The notes: generated by a model from the letters alone, not told the origin. 64,000 nucleotides of DNA from an uncultured Gemmatimonadales bacterium (GCA_963850905.1 CAWKMU010000004.1:320001-384000), one strand, 5' to 3'. Positions 29,823 to 40,095 are shown, counted from the stretch's first letter. Program-made: numbers and translations.

Positions 29823-32800
29823 TCAGAGCCCCAGGTCGAGACTGAGGAAATAGCTGCGCGCTGGCGGATACGGTGTGATGTCCGTGCCACGCCCGACGGC
29901 CAGGTTCCCATTCGACGCCACCTGGGGATCGAGACCATGGTAGTTGAAGATCCCCCACAGGTTGTAGCCGTTGAGCGAGATGCGCGCGCTTGACACGTGA
30001 CCAAAGCCCATATGGTCCACGAAGCGCGGAGGCAGGTTGTAGCTGACGACGAGCTCGCGGACCTTGAGGAAGCTTGCGGTTTCCACATACGGTTGCTGAC
30101 CCGCACCGAACAGAGCGACCCGGCGTGCCGCGGCCGCCGAGTCGGCACCGAGCTGCGGGCCGAAATCGAAGTACTGGTCGGTCAGGTTGATCTCCTGGCC
30201 GCCCCGGCTCCAGTCCAACAATCCGTAAACTCGGAATCCCCGCCAATCGAACTCGTTACCCATGGTGATGACGTATCCTGGACTGAAATCACCAACTTCA
30301 ACGGGCAAGCCCGACGGGCCCGTGACGTTGCTGTTCACAATGTCTGTCAAGGACCGACCCGGCGCCAGGTAGTCGGAGCCAAAGCCACCGCCGGCAATGA
30401 AGTTCGGGACCGGCAGGGCGTTGACGACACTCGTATTGCGGAAGAATGTGATCTGATTCAACCACGAGAAGCCGTTGCGCAGTTGCACGGGCGTTGACTG
30501 GAGCGACAGCTCCAGCCCCTGATTCGTGAATTCTCCGCCGTTCAAAAACAGCTGGCTGTAGCCATGCGACGGTGCGACGCCTCCTTGAAGCAGCAGGTTC
30601 GTCAGCCGCTTCTGATAGACGGACGCGGAGAACTGCGCGCGTGATTTGAACATCGTCGCGTCGAACCCGAGCTCCAGCTCCTGCTCCGACTCAGGCTTGA
30701 GAACTGGATCGCCCAAGGTCGCTGGCAGGGTGACTCCGACGACGCCGCCGATGAGCAACGGGTTGTATGGGGTGAACTTCGAGCCGTAGGGACCAAGGTT
30801 GCCGGACTGGCCGTAAGCCGCTCGTAGCTTCAAGCCATCCAGAAAGTCCGTGAACTGCGGGATCCGATACGAGGCGGAGAAGCGCGGATACGCGTAGAAC
30901 TTGCCGATGTCGGCGTCGATCGTCGAGCGCTCGGCCGTCACGCCTGCCGTTGCCGTAAGCCGCTGATCGAGCGTGATGATCTGCTCTTGACCATAGAGCG
31001 ACTGATCCCGCTCCCCGGTTCGATAGAAGAAATTGTTCTGGACGGACCCGACAGTTGGTGAGTTGACGCCAGCGAGCAACCCGTACCCGATCGTCACGGG
31101 GTTGGCGTAGTCCCGGCGCTCCCGGACGAAGCCGACAAATGTCGTCGCGTCGAGCCAGGAGAGCCCCGTATAGTGATGCACGAGGTTGAGCGAGTAGTTG
31201 TAGTAGTTGATCGTTGCATCGTTGGAGACGGACACGCCTGGCAGGCCCGTGGAGATGAGCTGTTCGACTTGCAGGCTGGGTGGCGCGTAGAGGAGGTCGT
31301 GAATGCTCGCCAGGTCCGCCCCACCCACCGCATTGAACTGCAAACTCTGGTGTTCAGTTTTCCAGGGTGTCCAATTGATGCTGCCGTTGGCGATGAACCG
31401 ACTCACTTCCTCCGGCGTCGATATTTGTGTTGCGTCGGCAAATGGGTTGGCCGGCCCGAACGCGTTGGCGGGCCACTCGCCGCTCGCGGTGACGTGGTCA
31501 AGATTCTGGAACTCCGGACTGTACGAGAATACATCGTATGGACTGATGCCGTTGTTGTCGTTCCCGGTAATGCCTCGGCGCGTCACGTCGTGTATGTAGT
31601 TCCCGCCGGCGGTGACCGTGAGCGATGGCAGGAACTGCTCCGTGACGTTGGTTCGCAGGGACTGCTTGTTGTAGCCCGTGTTGAGCATCGTCCCGTTGTC
31701 GTACTTGGACAGCGCGGACACGAAGTACTGGGCGCCCCCCGTGGTGCCACTCACGCTAATGTTCGTCTGGTAGGACGCCTCGCCGTTCCCGAAGAGTTGA
31801 TCCTGATAGTCTTGCGGCCCTGCGTAGACGCTTTGGATAAAAGAATTGTCCGCGGCAATCGCAGCCGGAGTCGAGCTGTGCTTCAGATCGTTGACGTACC
31901 ACGCCTGAGCACTGGCGAGAGTCGGAAAGGCACGGACAGCCAACGTGTTCGAGATCGAATAGTGACCGACCTGCCCGTTGATATCCCACCGCGCTTTGCC
32001 GCTGGTGCCCTTCTTGGTGGTAATGATCACGACGCCCGCGGATGCCTTCGAGCCGTAAATCGCCGACGCCGATGCACCTTTGAGGATCTCGATGTTCTCG
32101 ATGTCAGCGGGATTGAGATCGGCGATTCGGTTCACCGAGTTGTCCTGCGGACTGGGGGCGCCCGACGCGGACTGACCGGTCGACGTGAGCCCGCCTCCCG
32201 ACAGGTTGATCGCGTTCTCTCCGGCGTTGACCGTTTGGTTGTCCACGATCACGCCGTCGACCACGTAAAGCGGTTCCGCATTGCCGTTGATCGACGTGAC
32301 ACCGCGAATCTGCACCTGCAGGCCGCCTCCAGGCGCACCGCCATTGTTGGACTCGATGAGCGCGCCGGGGACCTTGCTTTCGAGCGAGTTCTCGAGCGTA
32401 GGCGCAGGGACCTGATTGACGTCCTGGGTAGTCACGACCGCGACGGCGTTGGCCGCGTTCTGCGACGCAACAGTAGTCGTGACACCGGTCACGACCTCGG
32501 CCTCGAGCCTCAGCACGTCTTTGTGCAGGACGATAGTGTAGTCGTTCTGGTCCGGCACGAGAGCCACGGTCAGGGCGAGGTAGCCAATGCGGCGGGCGGT
32601 GATCGACCTCGCATCCGGTGGGCGCCGCAGCACGAAGGTGCCGCTGTCGGTGGTGGTCGTCCCAATGGTTGTCCCGTTCACGACCACCGACGCCGCCGGG
32701 ACTGGTGTACGTGAGTCCGCGTCGATCACCCGCCCGGTGATCCGCGCGTCCTGACGATGCTTGTCCGCCCGCTCGGACCGACTATGCGGCGCGATGGCGA

Positions 32801-33209
32801 CGAGCACCGCATCGCCGCCGAGCGAGACATAGGCCGTAAGGCCGGTGCCGTCGACAGCCATCGCCAACGCGTCGGCGACACTCAGGTTGGCAGCGTGAAG
32901 GGAGACGAGCGCCTTCGACGTCAGTACGTCGGGTCCGAACTGGATCGCGACGTTCGCTGCGTCCCCAATGGCGCGTAGTGCGTCCTTGAGCGGCACGAGG
33001 CGCACGTCAACGTCAATGCGCTGCTTCAGAACCATGGCCCTGCTTGCAGCCGCACGCACCCACGTGTCCTGCCCCGTCCCGGCCACGATATTTGCTGCCA
33101 GGTTCGTGGCCGCCGGTAGGGCCGCCGAGTCCTGGGCAGCTGCGCGGCCACCGGCTAATGAGACGATCGCGAGAGTGAGTGCGGATCGTGTCACGACGTG
33201 AAGAGTCAT
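29823..33209 (-). CDS. SusC/RagA-family TonB-dependent transporter with N-terminal STN-like signalling domain
   Basis: QIRGVTSI..EPLYVVDGV, DLNPADIENIEILKGASASAIYGSKASAGVVIITTKKG, LKPE, YPPARSYFLSLDLGL. Confidence 0.95.
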   Translation of the reverse strand: MTLHVVTRSALTLAIVSLAGGRAAAQDSAALPAATNLAANIVAGTGQDTWVRAAASRAMVLKQRIDVDVRLVPLKDALRAIGDAANVAIQFGPDVLTSKALVSLHAANLSVADALAMAVDGTGLTAYVSLGGDAVLVAIAPHSRSERADKHRQDARITGRVIDADSRTPVPAASVVVNGTTIGTTTTDSGTFVLRRPPDARSITARRIGYLALTVALVPDQNDYTIVLHKDVLRLEAEVVTGVTTTVASQNAANAVAVVTTQDVNQVPAPTLENSLESKVPGALIESNNGGAPGGGLQVQIRGVTSINGNAEPLYVVDGVIVDNQTVNAGENAINLSGGGLTSTGQSASGAPSPQDNSVNRIADLNPADIENIEILKGASASAIYGSKASAGVVIITTKKGTSGKARWDINGQVGHYSISNTLAVRAFPTLASAQAWYVNDLKHSSTPAAIAADNSFIQSVYAGPQDYQDQLFGNGEASYQTNISVSGTTGGAQYFVSALSKYDNGTMLNTGYNKQSLRTNVTEQFLPSLTVTAGGNYIHDVTRRGITGNDNNGISPYDVFSYSPEFQNLDHVTASGEWPANAFGPANPFADATQISTPEEVSRFIANGSINWTPWKTEHQSLQFNAVGGADLASIHDLLYAPPSLQVEQLISTGLPGVSVSNDATINYYNYSLNLVHHYTGLSWLDATTFVGFVRERRDYANPVTIGYGLLAGVNSPTVGSVQNNFFYRTGERDQSLYGQEQIITLDQRLTATAGVTAERSTIDADIGKFYAYPRFSASYRIPQFTDFLDGLKLRAAYGQSGNLGPYGSKFTPYNPLLIGGVVGVTLPATLGDPVLKPESEQELELGFDATMFKSRAQFSASVYQKRLTNLLLQGGVAPSHGYSQLFLNGGEFTNQGLELSLQSTPVQLRNGFSWLNQITFFRNTSVVNALPVPNFIAGGGFGSDYLAPGRSLTDIVNSNVTGPSGLPVEVGDFSPGYVITMGNEFDWRGFRVYGLLDWSRGGQEINLTDQYFDFGPQLGADSAAAARRVALFGAGQQPYVETASFLKVRELVVSYNLPPRFVDHMGFGHVSSARISLNGYNLWGIFNYHGLDPQVASNGNLAVGRGTDITPYPPARSYFLSLDLGL

Positions 33210-33252
33210 GTGACGCTCCGTCTGTTGGAGACACCCGCCGCCCCGGCGTGGC

Positions 33253-34308
33253 TCATGACCGGGGGCCGGCGTAGAAGGTCGCAGTGCGGCCGTGTTGCTC
33301 GTACCGCGTGTGCGTCAGGAGTGCGAGGGCATCGAGCACCTGGTGTGTGCTCTCCGACCCGAAAGTGACCGTCAGTGGTTGGTAGCCGAGCGCAGAGTCG
33401 GCAAGCTGGATGTCGAGGTCGTACCAGCGACTGAGTGATGCCACGACGTCGCGGAATGGAGCGGCCTCGAACGCGAGGCGTCCCTCCGCCCAGCCGATTG
33501 CCACAGCGACGTTTGCTTGGTGGCGAACGATCGCGGACTGCCCCGTGGAATCGATGATCGCGACATCACGCGGGCGCAGGTCGGTGTGCGCGACCGAGAC
33601 CTCGCCCTCGGCCACCACGACTCGCGTTGTCGGGGCCCCAAAGTAAGCGGTGACAGCGAACTGCGTGCCAATGTCGCGTACGACCGCATGTCCAGCGTGC
33701 ACGGCAAAGGGGCGGGCCGGGTCGTGCTTGACGACAAAGTAGGCCTCGCCATCGAGGAAGATGTTCCGCGTAGAGTCGCCGTAGTCATCGGGGATCTGAA
33801 CGGTCGTAGCAGCGCCCAACACGACTTGCGTTCCGTCGTCGAGCTGAAGGTTGGCCCGCTGGCCTCGACGCGTTGAGAAGTTTCGCATCGCCAGGATCGG
33901 GGCTATCCGCGCACGGCCCCGCTGCGTCACGAATCGTCCGGCGAGCGCCAAGCTAGCCAGTAGGAGTGCCGCGGCGACGACTTGGGGTATCCCCAGCCAA
34001 GCAATCCGAATTGGCGAGTGATTCTGCTCGCGCGAGATGAGCGAGAGAACTCTCCGGCGCTCCCGAACGCGCGGAAGAGTCCGCGCCCACATGGCCTGCA
34101 CATCGAACTCGGAGGCGAGGTCGTCCCCGTCCCAGAGCTCGGCCAGCAAGGCGAGCAGGCGTTGCCGGGTGGGATCGCTTGCGACCCACAGTTCGAACGC
34201 CTCTACGTCCACCGGCGCGAGCTCGCCGGCGAGGTAGCGCTCGATGCGCTGCAGATCTTCGGCCCACACTCGAGAGCCCCGCTTCGATGACCCGCCACCG
34301 GCGTCCAT
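33253..34308 (-). CDS. FecR-family anti-sigma factor / sensor
   Basis: TM helix, LQLDDGTQVVL, LDGEAYFVV.HD..RPF.V, DIGTQFAV, WAEGRL.F. Confidence 0.93.
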   Translation of the reverse strand: MDAGGGSSKRGSRVWAEDLQRIERYLAGELAPVDVEAFELWVASDPTRQRLLALLAELWDGDDLASEFDVQAMWARTLPRVRERRRVLSLISREQNHSPIRIAWLGIPQVVAAALLLASLALAGRFVTQRGRARIAPILAMRNFSTRRGQRANLQLDDGTQVVLGAATTVQIPDDYGDSTRNIFLDGEAYFVVKHDPARPFAVHAGHAVVRDIGTQFAVTAYFGAPTTRVVVAEGEVSVAHTDLRPRDVAIIDSTGQSAIVRHQANVAVAIGWAEGRLAFEAAPFRDVVASLSRWYDLDIQLADSALGYQPLTVTFGSESTHQVLDALALLTHTRYEQHGRTATFYAGPRS

Positions 34309-34353
34309 ACGGAGAGATGGACGACGTGAACAGCGAAAACCCCACCCTCGACT

Positions 34354-34965
34354 TTAGGGAAGGAACTCGCTGAGGGACTTGGCTAGTCGCTTGAGCGCAC
34401 GCTGGCGGTGTCGCTCGACGGCTTTCACGGAGATCTGGAGCTGGTCCGCGATGTCTGCATAGGAGAGGTGGGATTCCCATCGCAAGGCAAACACCAGGCG
34501 GCACCGCTCAGGCAACTGCCGCACCGCTCGGCGAAGAGCAACCGCTAGATCCTGCTGCTCGACGTCCTCAAACGGCGATCGTGGCGGCTGGCCCATGCCG
34601 ACCCCGGTCTCGCGGTCTGCTGCCTGACCAGCCGCATGCGCTCGAGCCGCCGCTCGTGCTGCCTTCCTTGCATCGAAGGCCCGATTCCGGACGGCGACTC
34701 GGAGATAGGTTGGTAGGCTCTCCGGTTCGGGTAGTGTGGCCCGGCGCTCCCACAGCCGGAGAAGAACGTCTTGCACGACCTCCTCTGCCAGCGCGACTGA
34801 CTCGAGGTAGTGGTACGCCAGCCGGCACAGTGAACCCGCGTACGTGCGAAACAATGTTTCGAATGCTCGCTCGTCGCCGTCCCGCACCCGAGCGAGCAGC
34901 GCGGCGTCCGGCAATGCATCGGAGGCGTACGACTGCCTCGGGCGGAGCTTGCTCGCAGATTCCAT
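34354..34965 (-). CDS. ECF sigma-70 factor (FecI-like)
   Basis: GDERAFETLF, AEEVVQDVLLRLW, LPERCRLVF.L......SYADIA..LQISVKAVE; start placed at ATG 34965. Confidence 0.92.
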   Translation of the reverse strand: MESASKLRPRQSYASDALPDAALLARVRDGDERAFETLFRTYAGSLCRLAYHYLESVALAEEVVQDVLLRLWERRATLPEPESLPTYLRVAVRNRAFDARKAARAAARAHAAGQAADRETGVGMGQPPRSPFEDVEQQDLAVALRRAVRQLPERCRLVFALRWESHLSYADIADQLQISVKAVERHRQRALKRLAKSLSEFLP

Positions 34966-35397
34966 TGCCGCGGGTGAGAGCCCTCGTGCCACTCGTAGAC
35001 ACACCCCACTACGCGGACGCGCCAGACGCGCTCGACCGCGAGGGCCAATGTCCACCTAGCCAATGGTTACGCAAGAGCGCCATCACACATCTCGATCCGC
35101 GCGCGGCCAGATTGTCGACCGCAGCGTGGGTGTGGCGCCGCGGCTGGCGCCGCAGACTCTCAGCGGGATGGTCGGCGGGTCATGAGTCAGTGCGAGGCGT
35201 CAATGTCGACGCGAGCGGGCGCCGCCCCCGAGCGCGATTCCTCCTCCAATCACTCACCCCTATTCCCTCGCTGCGTCTCGACGAAGCCGACCGATCCTCA
35301 TCTGTACGGTCGCTTACACCTCGTGGCTGGGCGCTCTGATCGAAGCGGGATGCTGTCTTACTACTATAAGATGGCGATAGGATAGCGATGACGCGAT

Positions 35398-35754
35398 CTA
35401 CCGGTGGCGCGACGCACCGCGGGCGTGCTGGGCGACGAGCGTTTTTGGCGCGACCCGCGCCCACGCGGCCTCGAGGGCGATGCGAACACTCTTGCGTGAT
35501 GCATCCGCGAGCCGCACGGTCGTAGCGCCGCGGCGTCCCCACGCGCCCTTCACCGGCACGAACGCATCCGGCTCGGCCTCGACGAAATCCGCTTGCTGAT
35601 CGGGTCTCAGCATGACCACGCCCGAGTCGGCGTTCGGATGACCGAGCGTGGCGAAGACCTTCCCGCGCACGCGGAAATCCGGGTGGTTCATGTGGGCTCG
35701 CTCAGCAGCCTCGGGGAGCGCGAGTGCGAGGCGGCGGAATTCCTGAGCGGTCAT
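35398..35754 (-). CDS. MmcQ/YjbR-family DNA-binding protein
   Basis: FRRLALALPEA....HMNHPDFRVRGKVFATL, GAWGRRGAT, AWARVAPK. Confidence 0.9.
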   Translation of the reverse strand: MTAQEFRRLALALPEAAERAHMNHPDFRVRGKVFATLGHPNADSGVVMLRPDQQADFVEAEPDAFVPVKGAWGRRGATTVRLADASRKSVRIALEAAWARVAPKTLVAQHARGASRHR

Positions 35755-35866
35755 GAGAAAGCGGAGGGTCGTTCCTCTCAACATGGGTGTACAGCTACCG
35801 GACCGCAATTCCAGGCTTGAAATCCTTATCTTAGAGAGATACGACCGTCCTCATTCGCTGCCCGTC

Positions 35867-37123
35867 ATGACCGATCGCCTGTACTACCACGACTCCTTCG
35901 TCTACGCCTTCGACGCCGAAGTACGCGCTGTCGTCGCCGGCCCGCGTCCGGCGCTGATTCTCGACCGCACCGCATTCTATCCCACGAGCGGCGGTCAACC
36001 GTTCGACGCCGGGTGGATTGCCGTTGGGGACATCGCGAATCCGACGTGCGAGGTATGCGTTGTGGAAGTGGCCGAGTCCGACGACGGCGCGATCGTGCAC
36101 TATATCGAAGTGCCGGAACAATGCGAGTTGGCGGGCTCAATTGCGCCGGGAACTCGGGTGCACGCCCGGATCGATGCCGAGCGCCGTCGCGATCACATGC
36201 AACAGCATTCTGCGCAGCATGTGCTGTCGGCCGCATTCGACCGGCTGTTTGGGATGCGCACGGTGTCATTTCACATGGGCGCCGATTATTGCTCGATCGA
36301 TCTCGATACGCCGGCGCTAACCCCAGCCCAGATCGAGTCGGCTGAGCGGCTGGCGAACGAAGTGATTCTGGAAGATCGGCTCGTGACCGTCCGATTCGTC
36401 ACACCCGCGGAAGCAGCGGGCCTGGAACTGCGCAAGGATCCGGTGGCCGACCGCGCCGAACTGCGGATCATCGATGTCCAGGATTTCGATCGCAGCGCGT
36501 GCGGCGGCACACACGTCAGTCGCACCGGTCAGATCGGTTGTGTACTCCTGCGCAAGACGGAAAAGGTGCGGCACGGCTGGCGCGTGGAGTTTGTCGCCGG
36601 GCAACGCGCGGTGGCGGCCGCCCGCAGTGATTTCGGTACGCTGACTGCCACGGCCGCTCTCTTCTCCGCGGCTCCGTCCGATGTGGCGGAGCAGGCGCGC
36701 CGGGCGCTTGATGAGGTCCGGTCGTTGCGCAAGCAACGCGAGCAATTGTATGCGGAGCTTGCGGGCGCGCAGGCGGCGGCGATACTGGCCGACACGCCTG
36801 AGACGGCCGGACGCAGAGTGGTCGTGCGAACCTTCCCCGACCGAGACGTGAACGCGCTCAAGCTGTTGGCGCAGGCGCTCGTCCGTCTCTCCCCGAACGT
36901 GGTCGCCATTCTGGCGGGGACCTCGCCCCAGGTGGCGCTGGTTTTCGCACAGTCCCCTGGTGCGCCCTTCGACATGAAAGCGCTGATGCAGGCGACCGTG
37001 CAGAAGCTGGGGGGTCGCGGCGGCGGCACCAAGGACATCGCCCAAGGTGGAGCGCCGAGCGTCGAGGGACTCGACGCCGCGCTCGCGGAAGTCGCAGGCA
37101 CGCTTACCCACGCGTCGGCGTAA
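35867..37123 (+). CDS. Alanyl-tRNA editing protein (AlaX-L type with DHHA1 domain)
   Basis: TAFYPTSGGQPFD, zinc motifs HSAQH and CGGTH, C-terminal GGRGGG..DIAQGG. Confidence 0.9.
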   Translation: MTDRLYYHDSFVYAFDAEVRAVVAGPRPALILDRTAFYPTSGGQPFDAGWIAVGDIANPTCEVCVVEVAESDDGAIVHYIEVPEQCELAGSIAPGTRVHARIDAERRRDHMQQHSAQHVLSAAFDRLFGMRTVSFHMGADYCSIDLDTPALTPAQIESAERLANEVILEDRLVTVRFVTPAEAAGLELRKDPVADRAELRIIDVQDFDRSACGGTHVSRTGQIGCVLLRKTEKVRHGWRVEFVAGQRAVAAARSDFGTLTATAALFSAAPSDVAEQARRALDEVRSLRKQREQLYAELAGAQAAAILADTPETAGRRVVVRTFPDRDVNALKLLAQALVRLSPNVVAILAGTSPQVALVFAQSPGAPFDMKALMQATVQKLGGRGGGTKDIAQGGAPSVEGLDAALAEVAGTLTHASA

Positions 37124-37316
37124 GTCTTCGCTTGCTGGTGCGCGAAGCTGCCGGCTCAGACTCCAGGGGTCGGGGGTCGATCTGACGTCAACACAGATGC
37201 GATATCAGATGCGTGAGCGCAGGCGTGGACCTACGCGGTGGCGCGAGTGCTGCCTGCGAAAATACTTGGTGATTCGTTGTGAGCGGGGCAACTAATGTGA
37301 AGCTCCCGGAGGTTCC

Positions 37317-37988
37317 ATGGTACGAAGTGGTCGTGGCCGCACACGAAGGCCCAAGCCGCAGATCGCCGAACTGATGCTCACTCTCCAAGACACGGAGCCC
37401 CCGGTATGGCGCCGGATCGCTGTGCCATACGACATCCCGCTCGCCGTACTGCATCGAGTGTTGATCGTAGCGATGGGGTGGAAGGGCTACCACCTTCACG
37501 CCTTCGAGGTCGACGACGTGACGTACGGTGTACCGGACGATGAATTGCCGGACAGCACGATTTCCGAAGAAGGGGCGACTCTGCGCACCATAGCATCGGG
37601 CGAAGGGGCGATATTCACGTACCAGTACGATTTCGGCGACAATTGGCAGCACCTCGTGAGCCTGGAGCGGCTCGTCCCGTTCACGCGCGAGGCGTTAGTG
37701 CCGCACTGCTTGGATGGCGCGCGCGCCTGTCCTCCGGAAGATGTGGGCGGCGCCGGCGGATACGCCGAGATGCTGCAGGCCTTGGCAGGCGAACAGCGTT
37801 TCTTACCGCCGGACAGCGACGAGGAGGAGTCCGAGGACATGGGCGATCTCACTACGCCCGCCTCGTACCGACGGTGGCTGGGATTCGACTTCGACGCGGA
37901 TGAATTCCATCCCCATTGCATCAACATGGAGTTCAGTCGGCTGCTCGCGTTCGACGAGCAGTTTCAACTCCTGCTAGGGGATTTCTGA
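37317..37988 (+). CDS. Plasmid pRiA4b ORF-3 family protein
   Basis: PPVWRRIAVP, LHRVL..AMGW..YHLHAF, YQYDFGDNWQH, GARACPPEDVGG. Confidence 0.92.
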   Translation: MVRSGRGRTRRPKPQIAELMLTLQDTEPPVWRRIAVPYDIPLAVLHRVLIVAMGWKGYHLHAFEVDDVTYGVPDDELPDSTISEEGATLRTIASGEGAIFTYQYDFGDNWQHLVSLERLVPFTREALVPHCLDGARACPPEDVGGAGGYAEMLQALAGEQRFLPPDSDEEESEDMGDLTTPASYRRWLGFDFDADEFHPHCINMEFSRLLAFDEQFQLLLGDF

Positions 37989-38084
37989 ACTAAATCGGCG
38001 TCCGCCTACACCCGACGCCCGTCGGGCACGCGCCGATCGCTGAACAGCGGCGGGCGGCCGTCGGCCGGTGACTGCTCGCCCCTT

Positions 38085-38528
38085 CTACTTCTTTTTGCGA
38101 GGCGGGCACGGGGTCTTGGGCGTCGGGACTTGCCCGTTCCAGCACGGCACCACGGCAGGTGTGACACCACCGGGGGCGGGTTGGAGCGTTTCGTTGATCG
38201 TGACCGACTGCAGCGGCAGCGGAGAGCTACCGCTTCCGTCTTTCGGGGCGGTGATCGGAGCGTGCTGACTCTTGCCTGACGCTTCGTTGTTCGCGTCCAC
38301 CGGGGTCTCAACACCCTGCTGAAACCCGCGCGTTTCCGTCCAGGATGCGGCGAGGCCGCCGTGGTAGGCGGTGCAGAGCGCGGCCGTGGCCGCGGCCACC
38401 CCGTCTGCGCAGGGCACCGGCTTCGTAGTGTCCTGGGCGTGCGCGATGGAGTTCGGCGTGAGGGTCGCGGCTGAGCCGATCGATAGTAGCGCGACGAGGC
38501 CGAGGCTTGAACGGGTGGGCACGCGCAT
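38085..38528 (-). CDS. Hypothetical secreted protein
   Basis: Signal peptide; paired Cys; plausible codon usage. Confidence 0.55.
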   Translation of the reverse strand: MRVPTRSSLGLVALLSIGSAATLTPNSIAHAQDTTKPVPCADGVAAATAALCTAYHGGLAASWTETRGFQQGVETPVDANNEASGKSQHAPITAPKDGSGSSPLPLQSVTINETLQPAPGGVTPAVVPCWNGQVPTPKTPCPPRKKK

Positions 38529-38646
38529 AACGGTTCCAGATCGAGGACGAGGGTGTCGTCCAACGAAGCTGGAGCGTGCGCCATGCGTCGTCCAATTCTT
38601 TGCTTCGAATGACGCGATCGGGCGCGCCTATCGAGCGCCGGCGATC

Positions 38647-40095
38647 CTATCTGGCGCCTGCTCCTCCAAGGGATGTCACTGGCTCCGAGTCGATCCGAGT
38701 CAACACCCGACGATAATACGCCGTCGTGCTCGCGTTTCGGCTGGCGCGCATGGCGCTCACGAGCTCTCGACGCATCGCTAGGCGCCTCCGATTGCGCGCA
38801 TCCAGTGCCTGTCGTCGCGCGAGCGCCGCCGCCTCGATCAGCCGCGCACGACGCTCCTGGTAGGCTGCCGCAGCAGCGATTGAGGTAGCTGGCGCGGGAG
38901 TCACCGTGATGTCGCTCTGGCCGCCGAAGCCCTGAATCGACGCGTCCACCTCCTGCGTGCCTGGATTCAGTGCCTGCACTTCCCCCATGGCCTCGACGAC
39001 GACCACACGACTGGAATCAGAGGAAACGACTGGGCCGGCATCCCATTCGACGAACATGTTCGGATATGCGTTCCCCGAGGAATCGATGCCGATCGCTTCC
39101 ATCTGCACGCTGTCGCCGACGGCCAGCGTGTCCACGGGTGGCACAACCTGAATGCGGGCGAAGGGATTACAGATCGGCGTGCTCGCGACGTAGCAGATCG
39201 TGAGAGTCGATTGAGCCTTGACCGCACCGGCCGTAGCGGTGATGACCGCGCGGCCGTTCGCATCGGGAGCGATCAGGATTGAGCCGCCCACGATGGTATC
39301 CGGACCTGCTCCCAGAAACCCGCTCACCGGAGGGTTCGTGCTGGTGAACACGACTGGAAAATTGTTCAGCACGCGACCGGTCGCCGTTTGGACGGTCGCA
39401 GTGACCTGGACGAGTACGTCCAGCGGGTTCGGGATCGCGACGACGGAATCGGGACTGATCTGTAGCGAGATGCTCGCGGGCGCGGTCGTGTCGATCACCA
39501 CCGTCGTGTTGCTCCCGGTCTTGCCACCCACCGAAGCGGTGATCGTCACGGTGCCAGCGCTCCCGCCCAGCACCTTGCCGGCGCTCGACACCGACGCGAT
39601 GCCGGTGTCCGAAGACGCCCAGGTGACCGGCATATTGAGCACACTCCCATTCATGCCCTTCACCGTGTCCGACAACTGCACCCCCAACCCGATGGCGACG
39701 GTATCGGCTGACGGTTCGACAATGACGGCGCTAACGGGGACGGGATTTATAGTGAGGGCGGCGAAGCCCGAGACTCCCTGCGCGCTCGCCGCGAGTCGAA
39801 CTTGGCCCGTATCGCGGGCCGTGGCGCGTCCATTCTGATCGATGCTGGCGATAGCCGTGTCACTGCTCGACCAGAGGAACGTGACGCCGGTGACGACTGC
39901 GCCTGCCTCGTCGTGGGCTATGGCGGAGAACGTCTGAGTGCCGTGGAGAGTTACCGCGGCTGAGTCGGGCGTGATGACGATGGCGTGAACCGGGCCGACG
40001 CCGGGGCCAACGGCCTGCTGCGAGGAGCTGCACGCCAGGTCGATCACCAGCAGCGCCACAGCGGCGCTACAGATCCACTGCGACCGGAGTTTCAC
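38647..40095 (-). CDS. Lipoprotein with bacterial Ig-like (Big_2) domains
   Basis: Lipobox DLAC; WSSSDTAIASID..G, WASSDTGIASVSSAG repeats. Confidence 0.82.
   Translation of the reverse strand: MKLRSQWICSAAVALLVIDLACSSSQQAVGPGVGPVHAIVITPDSAAVTLHGTQTFSAIAHDEAGAVVTGVTFLWSSSDTAIASIDQNGRATARDTGQVRLAASAQGVSGFAALTINPVPVSAVIVEPSADTVAIGLGVQLSDTVKGMNGSVLNMPVTWASSDTGIASVSSAGKVLGGSAGTVTITASVGGKTGSNTTVVIDTTAPASISLQISPDSVVAIPNPLDVLVQVTATVQTATGRVLNNFPVVFTSTNPPVSGFLGAGPDTIVGGSILIAPDANGRAVITATAGAVKAQSTLTICYVASTPICNPFARIQVVPPVDTLAVGDSVQMEAIGIDSSGNAYPNMFVEWDAGPVVSSDSSRVVVVEAMGEVQALNPGTQEVDASIQGFGGQSDITVTPAPATSIAAAAAYQERRARLIEAAALARRQALDARNRRRLAMRRELVSAMRASRNASTTAYYRRVLTRIDSEPVTSLGGAGAR

Noticed and set aside
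28277..30148. 623-aa ORF as the full SusD
   Set aside because: The first 109 codons overlap susC; the signal peptide and lipobox follow ATG 29821.
33210..33226. Partial match (TGACGCTCCG) to the recombinase-linked motif
   Set aside because: Only 10 bp, and it coincides with the susC ribosome-binding region on the minus strand; probably chance.
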